DNA from: Macrostomum lignano
Taxonomy: Eukaryota
Assembly (NCBI GenBank): GCA_002269645.1
Contig: NIVC01003639.1
Coordinates: 1-64,000, forward strand
Direction: 5' to 3'
Length of the DNA stretch: 64,000 nucleotides
Part shown: in pieces, positions 25,730 to 37,781 of the stretch
How positions within the stretch are numbered: the first letter of the stretch is position 1
How the letters are laid out: each line of letters starts with the position of its first letter
Position numbers and translations under genes: made by a program
Notes under the pieces: model-generated
The model's database searches: none
The model's input: only the letters and a program-made list of their open reading frames with translations
Told to the model about the DNA's origin: nothing

Positions 25730-27380
25730 ACATTCAGAACACAGGTAAGCACACAGGTGTCTATGGCCCAGATGAGACATTCAGAACACAGGTAAGCACA
25801 CAGGTGTCTATGGCCCAGATGAGACATTCTGAACACAGGTAAGCACACAGGTGTCTATGGCCCAGATGAGACATTCAGAACACAGGTAAGCACACAGGTG
25901 TCTATGGCCCAGATGAGATATTCTGAACACAGGTAAGCACACAGGTGTCTATGGCCCAGATGAGACATTCTGAACACAGGTAAGCACACAGGTGTCTATG
26001 GCCCAGATGAGACATTCAGAACACAGGTAAGCACACAGGTGTCTATGGCCCAGATGAGACATTCTGAACACAGGTAAGCACACAGGTGTCTATGGCCCAG
26101 ATGAGACATTCAGAACACAGGTAAGCACACAGGTGTCTATGGCCCAGATGAGATATTCTGAACACAGGTAAGCACACAGGTGTCTATGGCCCAGATGAGA
26201 CATTCTGAACACAGGTAAGCACACAGGTGTCTATGGCCCAGATGAGACATTCTGAACACAGGTAAGCACACAGGTGTCTATGGCCCAGATGAGACATTCA
26301 GAACACAGGTAAGCACACAGGTGTCTATGGCCCAGATGAGACATTCAGAACACAGGTAAGCACACAGGTGTCTATGGCCCAGATGAGACATTCTGAACAC
26401 AGGTAAGCACACAGGTGTCTATGGCCCAGATGAGACATTCAGAACACAGATAAGCACACAGGTGTCTATGGCCCAGATGAGACATTCAGAACACAGGTAA
26501 GCACACAGGTGTCTATGGCCCAGATGAGACATTCAGAACACAGGTAAGCACACAGGTGTCTATGGCCCAGATGAGACATTCTGAACACAGGTAAGCACAC
26601 GGGTGTCTATGGCCCAGATGAGACATTCTGAACACAGGTAAGCACACAGGTGTCTATGGCCCAGATGAGACATTCTGAACACAGGTAAGCACACAGGTGT
26701 CTATGGCCCAGATGAGACATTCAGAACACAGGTAAGCACACGGGTGTCTATGGCCCAGATGAGACATTCAGAACACAGGTAAGCACACAGGTGTCTATGG
26801 CCCAGATGAGACATTCAGAACACAGATAAGCACACGGGTGTCTATGGCCCAGATGAGACATTCTGAACGCAGGTAAGCACACAGGTGTCTATGGCCCAGA
26901 TGAGACATTCAGAACACAGATAAGCACACAGGTGTCTATGGCCCAGATGAGACATTCAGAACACAGATAAGCACACAGGTGTCTATGGCTCAGATGAGAC
27001 ATTCAGAACACAGATAAGCACACAGGTGTCTATGGCTCAGATGAGACATTCAGAACACAGGTAAGCACACGGGTGTCTATGGCCCAGATGAGACATTCAG
27101 AACACAGATAAGCACACGGGTGTCTATGGCTCAGATGAGACATTCTGAACGCAGGTAAGCACACGGGTGTCTATGGCTCAGATGAAACATTCAGAACACA
27201 GGTAAGCACACGGGTGTCTATGGCCCAGATGAGACATTCAGAACACAGGTAAGCACATGGGTGTCTATGGCCCAGATGAGACATTCAGAACACAGATAAG
27301 CACACAGGTGTCTATGGCCCAGATGAGACATTCAGAACACAGGTAAGCACACAGGTGTCTATGGCTCAGATGACATTCAG
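25730..27380. repeat. 47-bp minisatellite (GGCCCAGATGAGACATTCAGAACACAGGTAAGCACACAGGTGTCTAT)n, about 35 copies, starting at the TNFAIP8 stop codon
   Basis: Read directly. Confidence 0.97.
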
Positions 27381-28181
27381 ATGACGCCCCTGTCTAGCAG
27401 CTCCTGAACGCCATCGCACAGAGGTGCCATGTGAACCGCCAGGCTGGATCCCGGATCCAGCAGGGCCTCCAGGAATTTCCTGTCAGAGAAGAAGGCGGCG
27501 CAGGAGCGGACGCCGCGCAGCGACTTCTCGCTGAGGTGCCGCCGGGTGGCCCGCAGCACCAGGTCCTCGCAGCGCTGCACACGGCCGATGGCCTCGCCGA
27601 TGTCCGGCTGTCGCTCGCGTCGAAACGTCCGAACTGCGTCTTCGGCCAACTCGCTGAAGCAGTCGCGAAAGTCTTCCACAAGATTCTTTTCGTCCTCGTT
27701 GAGCACATTGTTGAGGTAGAGCACCCCGATCTTCATGTTGATCTTCACCACCTGCTTCATGAGCTGCTTGGCGGAGTGCCGAGAGCCGCACCACAGCTTC
27801 ACGATTCTGTACAGCTCGTCCAGCAGCCTGGCCGATGTCGAGTCTAAGAAAATTTTCAAAGCAGATTTATTGGCCAATGTGCCGATTAGTTTTTTCTGCG
27901 CTCGGACGCTGATTGAGTTGGAGTTGAAATTGCCGTCATCTGGGCCGCCGCCGCCGCCGCTCGCTCCGGCACAGGCGCCCTTGGCCTTACCGTTGGACTC
28001 AGGATCTGCATGTGAGGGGCCAGTCACAGATTCCAGAATTACTAGATCTACTCTTCTTCAGTAGCAAAGTTAGCGTTTTTTGCTTATTTACAGTGAGGGG
28101 AAAGAATTATTAATTTTTACTGATACTCGAAGGTTTTGAAGCTTATGGCTTACCCCCCGAGCAGGCCCACGTTACCTGCAT
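27377..28181 (-). CDS. TNFAIP8: TNFAIP8/TIPE-family protein. Main exon 28005-27377; candidate first exon 28181-28154 (alternative 34386-34380)
   Basis: SISVRAQKKLIG..LDSTSARLLDELYR..KIGVLYLNN..RHLSEKSLRGV..FFSDRKFLEAL..LCDGVQELLDRGVI is colinear with TNFAIP8 along its whole length. A phase-1 acceptor CATGCAG|AT lies at 28006/28005. Confidence 0.92.
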
Positions 28182-28850
28182 GATGGATTGCAAATTATCT
28201 TGTCCAACCCCCCAGAGGAGGGAAAAAATTCATCTTAAACAATGCAATTTAAGAGATATGCACTCAAAGTGAAAGAAACTACAGAAAAAGAGTAGCCAAA
28301 ATCCGTTTGTTTACATCTCGATTTGCGATTGAGTAATGGTACAGTAATAATTGATAAGTAACTATTATAGGAATGAAAACCGACAAGAAAAACATGAATT
28401 CGATATGCAGTTGCTATCTAAACGTTTTTATCGGGTAAATCTCTTTATTAAGACTTACTAAGCATTGGGAATGCAATGCAGCAAACTGCGGTACAGCAAA
28501 AAAGCATTGCGGGAAACCTCGGCGGGCAATTCTTATGCACCCCATAATGAATGATTAATGATTATTATTGAATAATGAATAGTAAATACTGAACAATGAA
28601 TGATGACTAATGAATAATATAATTGATTATGAATTATGAATGGGAAATAATCAATAATCAATAGTCAATAATCAATAATGAACCTTGAACAATGAATTAT
28701 GAATGAGTATTCAATAATGCACTCGTATTGATATATTGACCTACCCAAAGTTATTTACAAAGCAAAAATGCTTAAATGGTTGCAATGTAACGATATATAC
28801 CGATTTTTTTCGGCAGCAATTGCGTAAGCTGAAGCCGCGTAGCAAGTCAT

Positions 28851-29654
28851 TATTGTACCCTTTTGACTTCCCCTGTCTATGGCCCAGACATGTATAGTGC
28901 GGATGCTGAGTATGAAATGCGATTGTTGCCGGAATGCGCTTTGAAAGGGTTGTAGAGATAATCAATCGTCTATGGCAAATTTAGTTGCTCTCTAAATGAA
29001 AGGGTTGTAGAGATAATTAATCGTTTATGGCAAATTTAAAGGACAGTGAAGACAGCTAGCCTGGCTGCCATGAGTTAATTCTCAAGTTGATTTTGAGCTT
29101 GAATTAATTCTCCTATTCGGAGTGCAAATAGGAAAACTAGCTATGATTCGCTACGCAAACATTCCTGGCGGAGAAATATGTGGACTCTCCACGGACGAGT
29201 TGGCTTTTGTCACCCGAGAGTCGAGCACGCGCTACGTTCTGGAGATGGACAACCTGGATGCGTCGTCCAGTTCCAACGGGCTGCCTGAGCTAGGTAGCGA
29301 AGATCTGGAAATGTTGGACCGACTTGAGAGTGACTCAGTGCCGAAATCGACCGAGACGCAACGGAAGCTTCACGTGGCAAGGTTCCGACAGTTCCTCAAC
29401 GAGAAGGGGCTCTGCCAGGAGTTTGAGCGTGTTCCGGATCGATTTTTGAACGATTATCTGAGGCTTTTCTGAGGTTTGTTCTTAAGAACTTTTTGTGACT
29501 ATGAAACACTTTCGCCGTGTTGCTATTGTTGTTCCTTGTTTTGATAGCCAAATACATTCGTCTGAAATCCGGCAACAATCGAAAAAAGCCGACAAACAAT
29601 TAAATTGTTACCGCAAGTATGAATGCCGGAAACCATAGACAAAAGGGAACAATA
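28851..29654 (+). mobile_element. Non-autonomous Crypton-like element: truncated tyrosine-recombinase N-terminal (SAM-like) ORF 29122-29472 between inverted motifs
   Basis: The peptide VPKSTETQRKLHVARFRQFLNEKGLCQEFERVPDRFLNDYLRLF* resembles the N-terminal domain of Crypton YRs and of their domesticated relatives KCTD1/ZMYM. Two nested inverted pairs: 28851-28865/29640-29654 and 28920-28933/29568-29581. Confidence 0.55.
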
Positions 29655-30219
29655 GCAGATAAAATAAAGCGCTAATCATACCTGACAGTCGGGACATTGC
29701 TTCTGAGAGGAAAGTGCCGATATGAATATTAAAAAATATGACACCTGCTGGGCAATGCTGGTTGATACAATGCACTCCCAGCTCCATGATGCTGTGTATT
29801 TATTCAGCACCTCTCTGCCCCTCTGCGCTCCTCACAGCCCCGGCTCTGGGCAGCAAATGAAAAGTGCAGAGAGGGTGAAGCAGGGGCAGGCGGGCTTTCG
29901 CAATTGGAAGGCAGCCCTGAATCCTGGGCCGAAGCAGACAGGGACAGAGAGAAGGGGAAAGTGTGGAGTTCTATGCGAGGACCAGAAATGAGCTCTGATG
30001 CGGAGAGGAACCGGTTTGCTGGCTTGGTCTCTCCCTGACTGGTGCCGATCAGTGGTCTCAGGGTGCTGACGGGATTAAAGAGAGAGGGAGGGCAGGAACG
30101 GGGTGGGAGTCTACAAAGTCGGAGGTTGAGAGGTGGAGAGGGAAAGGAATAGAAGGAGAGTGACAGAGTGAGAGTGACAGACGATTCTGAGAAATAGAGT
30201 ATAGCAGGCAGACTGTGAC

Positions 30220-30625
30220 AGAAGAGTGACTGCGACAGAGTGACTGTGACAGAGTGACTGTGACATAAGAGTGACTGTGTCATAGTGACTGTGACATAAG
30301 AGTGACTGTGTCATAGTGACTGTGACATAAGAGTGACTGTTACAGAGTGACTGTGACAGGGTGACTGTGACAAAGTGACTGTGACAGAGTTACTGTGACA
30401 GAGTGACTGTGACATAAGAGTGACTGTTACAGAGTGACTGTGTCATAGTAACTGACTGTGACAGAGTGACTGTGACAGAGCGACTGTGACAGAGTGACTG
30501 TGACAGAAACGTTACTGTGACAAAGTGACTGTGACAGAGTGACTGTGACAGAGTGACTGTGACAGAGTGACTGTGACAGAGTGACTGTGTCATAGTGACT
30601 GTGACAGAGTGACTGTGACAGATTG
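30220..30625. repeat. 14-bp minisatellite (GTGACTGTGACAGA)n
   Basis: Read directly. Confidence 0.92.
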
Positions 30626-30974
30626 ACTGTGAGTTTAGAGTTTAGACCTTTGAAAAACACAATTAATTGACCTATTTCAGTGAATTCAAAAAAATTGCAT
30701 AGCGGCCACAATCTGGGGATGCAGAGCAAAAACTGATTCCAGCAGGTTGGAGCAGAGGCTTCGGCTGCGGGGAGAAATGCCAAATCGAATAAATTTTGCC
30801 GGGCGACCACTCATGCGGAGCCCAATTTTAAGGCGGCAAAAAACCACCGACGAAAAAAATTGCATCGTAAAAATGGGAAGAAAATAATGGCTTATGAAAT
30901 CCTTTCACCACCACTACCCCCACTATCCCGGAATTTCTCTGCTATTTCCGATTCACTTTCAGCAGTTCAATGGA

Positions 30975-32066
<1,092 letters not shown>

Positions 32067-32099
32067 GCGAAATGAAACCACGCACACAGTTGAAGCAAA

Positions 32100-32175
32100 T
32101 TCACAATTTCTTTAATTCTAAGAAAATAACCGAATTTTCGACCTAAACAGGGTCTTCGTCAGGGTATATTGTAAA
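32100..32175 (-). ncRNA. Hammerhead-ribozyme-like motif (type I layout, Penelope-terminus style), possibly degenerate
   Basis: The minus strand reads CUGACGA-A-GACC(CUGUUUA)GGUC-GAAA, then stem III AAUUC/GAAUU with a UUA triplet. Only the distal part of stem I pairs. Confidence 0.45.
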
Positions 32176-32684
32176 TAAAAATAGATAGATAGATACAGTG
32201 CGGAACGTGCACAGCATGCAAGAGGCGAGAGGAGAGTGAGGAAGAGAGAGGCGAGGAAGGCCGAATTTCGGGTGCCTGCCGGATTCGCAATTAAGCACTC
32301 GGCCTTTCGTTCCGGGGTAGAGCTACTCGTATTCGCTTAGCAGTGCTAAGAGATAGCGTTAGCGACTGAAGCAGAAAAGAGAAAACTTAAGAGATCGGAA
32401 TTGAATCAATCGGACGCTCAAGGCCTGGGCGGGGTCCGCCTTCGCTGCCCTGGCATCGAGTGGGCGGTGCGACGGCAGTGGCAGGGGGACGAAACGGAGA
32501 CGATGGGAAACAGAGCCGAAATCAAAAGAGAGGCTAAATGACAAAACAAAAAATTGAAGCCCTGCTATCCGGCAAGCCCTAGGAGTAATATTCTAGCTCG
32601 TACGAGTATGCCTGCATTGGATTTGGAAACTGGGAGGGGTAAACGTCCTTCCAAATTGGTCTAGAGATGACAGGTAGAGGGAGG

Positions 32685-34268
32685 GAATGGCTTATCAAAG
32701 CAGGTAGAGAGGGGGGGACTGGCTTATCAAAGCAGGTAGAGAGGGGGGACTGGCTTGTCAAGCAGGTAGAGAGAGAGACTGGCTTATCAAAGACAGGTAG
32801 AGAGGGGGACTGGCTTATCAAAGCAGGTAGAGAGGGGGGACTGGCTTATCAAAGCAGGTAGAGAGGGGGGACTGGCTTATCAAAGCAGGTAGAGAGGGAC
32901 TGGCTTATCAAAGCAGGTAGAGAGGGACTGGCTTATCAAAGCAGGTAGAGAGGGACTGGCTTATCAAAGCAGGTAGAGAGGGGGACTGGCTTATCAAAGC
33001 AGGTAGAGAGGGACTGGCTTGTCAAAGCAGGTAGAGAGGGGGGACTGGCTTATCAAAGCAGGTAGAGAGAGAGAGAGAGACTGGCTTATCAAAGACAGGT
33101 AGAGAGGGGGACTGGCTTATCAAAGCAGGTAGAGAGGGGGGACTGGCTTATCAAAGCAGGTAGAGAGGGGGGACTGGCTTATCAAAGCAGGTAGAGAGGG
33201 GGGGACTGGCTTATCAAAGCAGGTGGAGAGGGACTGGCTTATCAAAGCAGGTAGAGAGGGACTGGCTTATCAAAGCAGGTAGAGAGGGGGGGACTGGCTT
33301 ATCAAAGCAGGTAGAGAGGGACTGGCTTATCAAAGCAGGTAGAGAGGGGGGACTGGCTTATCAAAGCAGGTAGAGAGAGAGAGAGAGACTGGCTTATCAA
33401 AGACAGGTAGAGAGGGGGACTGGCTTATCAAAGACAGGTAGAGAGGGGGACTGGCTTATCAAAGCAGGTAGAGAGGGGGGACTGGCTTATCAAAGCAGGT
33501 AGAGAGGGGGGACTGGCTTATCAAAGCAGGTAGAGAGGGGGGGACTGGCTTATCAAAGCAGGTAGAGAGGGACTGGCTTATCAAAGCAGGTAGAGAGGGA
33601 CTGGCTTATCAAAGCAGGTAGAGAGGGGGACTGGCTTATCAAAGCAGGTAGAGAGGGACTGGCTTGTCAAAGCAGGTAGAGAGGGGGGACTGGCTTATCA
33701 AAGCAGGTAGAGAGAGAGAGAGAGAGAGACTGGCTTATCAAAGACAGGTAGAGAGGGGGACTGGCTTATCAAAGCAGGTAGAGAGGGGGGACTGGCTTAT
33801 CAAAGCAGGTAGAGAGGGGGACTGGCTTATCAAAGCAGGTAGAGAGGGGGACTGGCTTATCAAAGCAGGTAGAGAGGGGGCACTGGCTTATCAAAGCAGG
33901 TGGAGAGGGACTGGCTTATCAAAGCAGGTAGAGAGGGACTGGCTTATCAAAGCAGGTAGAGAGGGGGGCACTGGCTTATCAAAGCAGGTAGAGAGGGACT
34001 GGCTTATCAAAGCAGGTAGAGAGGGGGGACTGGCTTATCAAAGCAGGTAGAGAGAGAGAGAGAGAGACTGGCTTATCAAAGACAGGTAGAGAGGGGGACT
34101 GGCTTATCAAAGACAGGTAGAGAGGGGGACTGGCTTATCAAAGCAGGTAGAGAGGGGGACTGGCTTATCAAAGCAGGTAGAGAGGGGGGCAATGGCTTAT
34201 CAAAGCAGGTAGAGAGGGGGGACTGGCTTATCAAAGCAGGTAGGGAGGGGGGGGACTGGCTTATCAAA
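32685..34268. repeat. ~29-35-bp minisatellite (GACTGGCTTATCAAAGCAGGTAGAGAGGG..)n with variable G/GA spacer
   Basis: Read directly. Confidence 0.95.
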
Positions 34269-35204
34269 TACAGGGGCTCTATCTCCAGGGTCCAAAGCAG
34301 TACACTTTGGCTAAAAAAATTATTTCAACCTGCAGCCATTCCCTTTTCTGCCCAATGACCCAGTGAGTGCGGTACTCACCTGCCATTTCTCATTAGTCTT
34401 GTACGTCTGTATGACCGCCTTACATGGGTTGCTATTATGGAAGCCCTAATACCCTCTCGCCAGTCCTCATCTGCTCATATATCATTGATTCTCAAACTCG
34501 GACACTCAAAGAAACTGAGCTGCCCGTGTGTCCGAATCGATATTCGAGACCCAAATGAGGCCAGTATGGGTGGGCGGTAGCATTTGGCTAAGGCTGGGCG
34601 TGACCACGGGGTTTCCTTCCCTATTACTCATCCCCATCCGCCCAGTGGTATTATGCACACCGCAGGGCCGCCTCGCTGTGAGATTTCGTCTCTTTGTACA
34701 TCGCGTGTTTCTACTTCTCTACACGGATGGGAACAAAGAAATTTTGCAGCAAAGATCAAAGAAAGAGAGAGTGGAGAAGCAAATCAAAAAGGCTAAAGTA
34801 GTTAATAAAATGTGAGAAAATTAAAAGACTTTTCGTAAAATTCTATTCAATACTCGCGCTTGCTTTCATTAACCTTTAACTTCAAAGCTTGCGAACTAAC
34901 CGCCGCCAAGTCTGCTTAACTTGCGGTTGCTTTCTGTAATTGGTTTAATTAGTTAAGACCTCCACCGCCATCTTCTTGACGCCGGTAATAATGCCGATGT
35001 CGCCAGTCCAGGTTTTATTGCAGATGAAACAAAAAGGCATAGCATAGTACAAATTGAGATTATACGCGTGTACGAGCTAGTTCAAAAGGCCTTGACAATC
35101 GTACTGGCAGTAGTGTATAACGCATTTTTTGTGCATTTTTTGCTTGTAATAGACCAAGCAACTCAAGTCAGAGGCCAATCACTCTTCAGAGACCAAAGAC
35201 TGTC

Positions 35205-36095
35205 GCCCTCACGGTCCCAGAAGACGGTGGCGTCCAGGAAGTTGACCTCTGTGCTGCTGTACTCGTAGCTCAATTGAAGCCGGATGTTCGGGTCGAGGGT
35301 TCCAGATGTTGGTGGTACTGGACCAGCTCCGCATCTGTTCCCCGCCACACTCCAAAGACGTCGTCGATGTAGCTGAGCCACAGGCTGGGCTTCTGCGGGC
35401 TGGTCTCCAGGCCTCTCTGCTCCCAGTAGCCCATGTAGATGTTACTGTAGCTGGACGCGAACGACTTCCCCATGGCAGTGCCTTTCACCTGCAGGAAGTA
35501 TCCGCCGTCGAACTCGAAGTTTTTGCGCTCCGCTCCCTAAACGCCCTCCTAACGCACTCGAGACTGGCCTCCGTCGGGATGTTGGTGTTCAGGCTAGTGA
35601 CGTCCATGGTGAACAGAAAGGTCTCCTCTTATGCTGGACAGGCGATCCAGCGGATGCAGGATGCTGTCGATTAATCGGCCACTGGCCTAGGACTCGCTGT
35701 CGACATCAGACACGATGGGCCAACCCGGGGGAATATCGCCGAGCGGCCACGACTCGACGGGCTTGTGGATCTTCGGAAGGATGTAGAAGTGCATCGTGCG
35801 GAACTCGCTCTTCGGGCTGAATGCGTTGACTAGCAATGGTCGATGATTCTGCGGTCCAGCAGCGACTTGAAGACAGCGCGAATCATCTGGACTGTGAAGC
35901 GGTTGGTCGGCGCGTTCAGGGGCAGGTAGAATAGCGGGTCCTCTAGCTGACGCAGGCACTCGTGAACATAGTCCTGCCGGTCCAGAATGACCAGCTGGCT
36001 GCCCTTGTCGGCCGGTTTGATGACGATTTACTTGTCCGCCCGGAGGTCTCGCAGGGCCTTCGCCTCCGCCCCGCTGATGTTCGGAGCGTTCCTGC
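35205..36095 (-). mobile_element. Penelope-like retroelement reverse transcriptase remnant (stops, frameshifts and deletions)
   Basis: Motifs in order: EAKALRDLRADK*IVIKPADKGSQLVILDRQDY, FYILPKIHKP..PPGWPIVS, KGTAMGKSFASSYSNIYMG, YIDDVFGVW, EVNFLD. Confidence 0.92.
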
Positions 36096-36114
36096 AGTCT
36101 TCAGAGATAAGTAC

Positions 36115-37268
36115 GAGCTAGTTTAAGTCAGAGGCCAATCACTCTTCAGAAACCAAGCAGTTTAAGTCAGAGGCCAATCACTCTTCAGAAACCAAGCAGT
36201 TTAAGTCAGAGGCCAATCACTCTTCAGAAACCAAGCAGTTTAAGTCAGAGGCCAATCACTCTTCAGAAACCAAGCAGTTTAAGTCAGAGGCCAATCACTC
36301 TTCAGAAACCAAGCAGTTTAAGTCAGAGGCCAATCACTCTTCAGAAACCAAGCAGTTTAAGTCAGAGGCCAATCACTCTTCAGAAACCAAGCAGTTTAAG
36401 TCAGAGGTCAATACCTCTTCAGAGACGAAGCAGTTTAAGTCAGAGGTCAATACCTCTTCAGAGACGAAGCAGTTAAAGTCAGAGGTCAATACCTCTTCAG
36501 AGACGAAGCAGTTAAAGTCAGAGGTCAATACCTCTTCAGAGACGAAGCAGTTAAAGTCAGAGGTCAATACCTCTTCAGAGACGAAGCAGTTAAAGTCAGA
36601 GGTCAATACCTCTTCAGAGACCAAGCAGTTTAAGTCAGAGGTCAATACCTCTTCAGAGACGAAGCAGTTTAAGTCAGAGGTCAGACACTCTTCAGAGACG
36701 AAGCAGTTAAAGTCAGAGGTCAATACCTCTTCAGAGACCAAGCAGTTTAAGTCAGAGGTCAATACCTCTTCAGAGACGAAGCAGTTTAAGTCAGAGGTCA
36801 ATACCTCTTCAGAGACGAAGCAGTTAAAGTCAGAGGTCAATACCTCTTCAGAGACCAGTTTAAGTCAGAAGTCAGACACTCTTCAGAGACCAGTTTAAGT
36901 CAGAGGTCAATCACCTCTTCAGAGACCAGTTTAAGTCAGAAGTCAGTCACTCTTCAGAGACCAAGCAGTTTAAGTCAGAAGTCAGTCACTCTTCAGAGAC
37001 CAGTTTAAGTCAGAAGTCAGTCACTCTTCAGAGACCAAGCAGTTTAAGTCAGAAGTCAGTCACTCTTCAGAGACCAAGCAGTTTAAGTCAGAAGTCAGTC
37101 ACTCTTCAGAGACCAGTTTAAGTCAGAAGTCAGTCACTCTTCAGAGACCAGTTTAAGTCAGAAGTCAGTCACTCTTCAGAGACCAAGCAGTTTAAGTCAG
37201 AAGTCAGTCACTCTTCAGAGACCAGTTTAAGTCAGAAGTCAGTCACTCTTCAGAGACCAAGCAGTTTA
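36115..37268. repeat. 39-bp minisatellite (AAGCAGTTTAAGTCAGAGGCCAATCACTCTTCAGAAACC)n with three successive variant domains
   Basis: Read directly; one unit also lies on the other side of the PLE at ~35152-35193. Confidence 0.95.
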
Positions 37269-37781
37269 TGAGTGTAAACCTGAAACCAGAGTGTTTACAG
37301 CACTTGAATGTAATTCACTCTGTCTGTCCGTCAAATGGCTGTGAGCTCTCTACATGTACACCCACATAGGCAGCAAACTTTCAGCTAAAGTTATGCGCTT
37401 AGACGTCAGAAGCGTACGAAAATCTAGTCGAGAAAATTTATTCGCTACACATCGTGTCAACACTGAGGCACTGCTCTGAGAAGAGAGAGAGAGAATCTTA
37501 AACTGCTGCAGTAGATCAAGCCCAAAGCAGTCTCTAATCTCTCTGAACAGTTTGCTCGCAGTGCAAATGATACAGACCAGCTTATGGCCCAATCAGCCGA
37601 AACGAGCCTCCAAGTCTAAACCCGACACCCGATAAAATGGACTGCGAGCTCCAGGGGTTCCAGTTTTTGCGCCAGCCCGTCTGTTGACCCCGCTTACTTA
37701 TTTTGACTTATCAAACAGGGGCGATCAACTAGAAGAAGTAGCTTATAGCAGAGAATAGATTTAGGCAAAGCAAAGTGCAAA

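Noticed and set aside
25730-27380. CRISPR-like array (also considered for the 37-, 39- and 45-bp arrays)
   Set aside because: Units are head-to-tail without unique spacers, there are no cas genes, and the context is eukaryotic.
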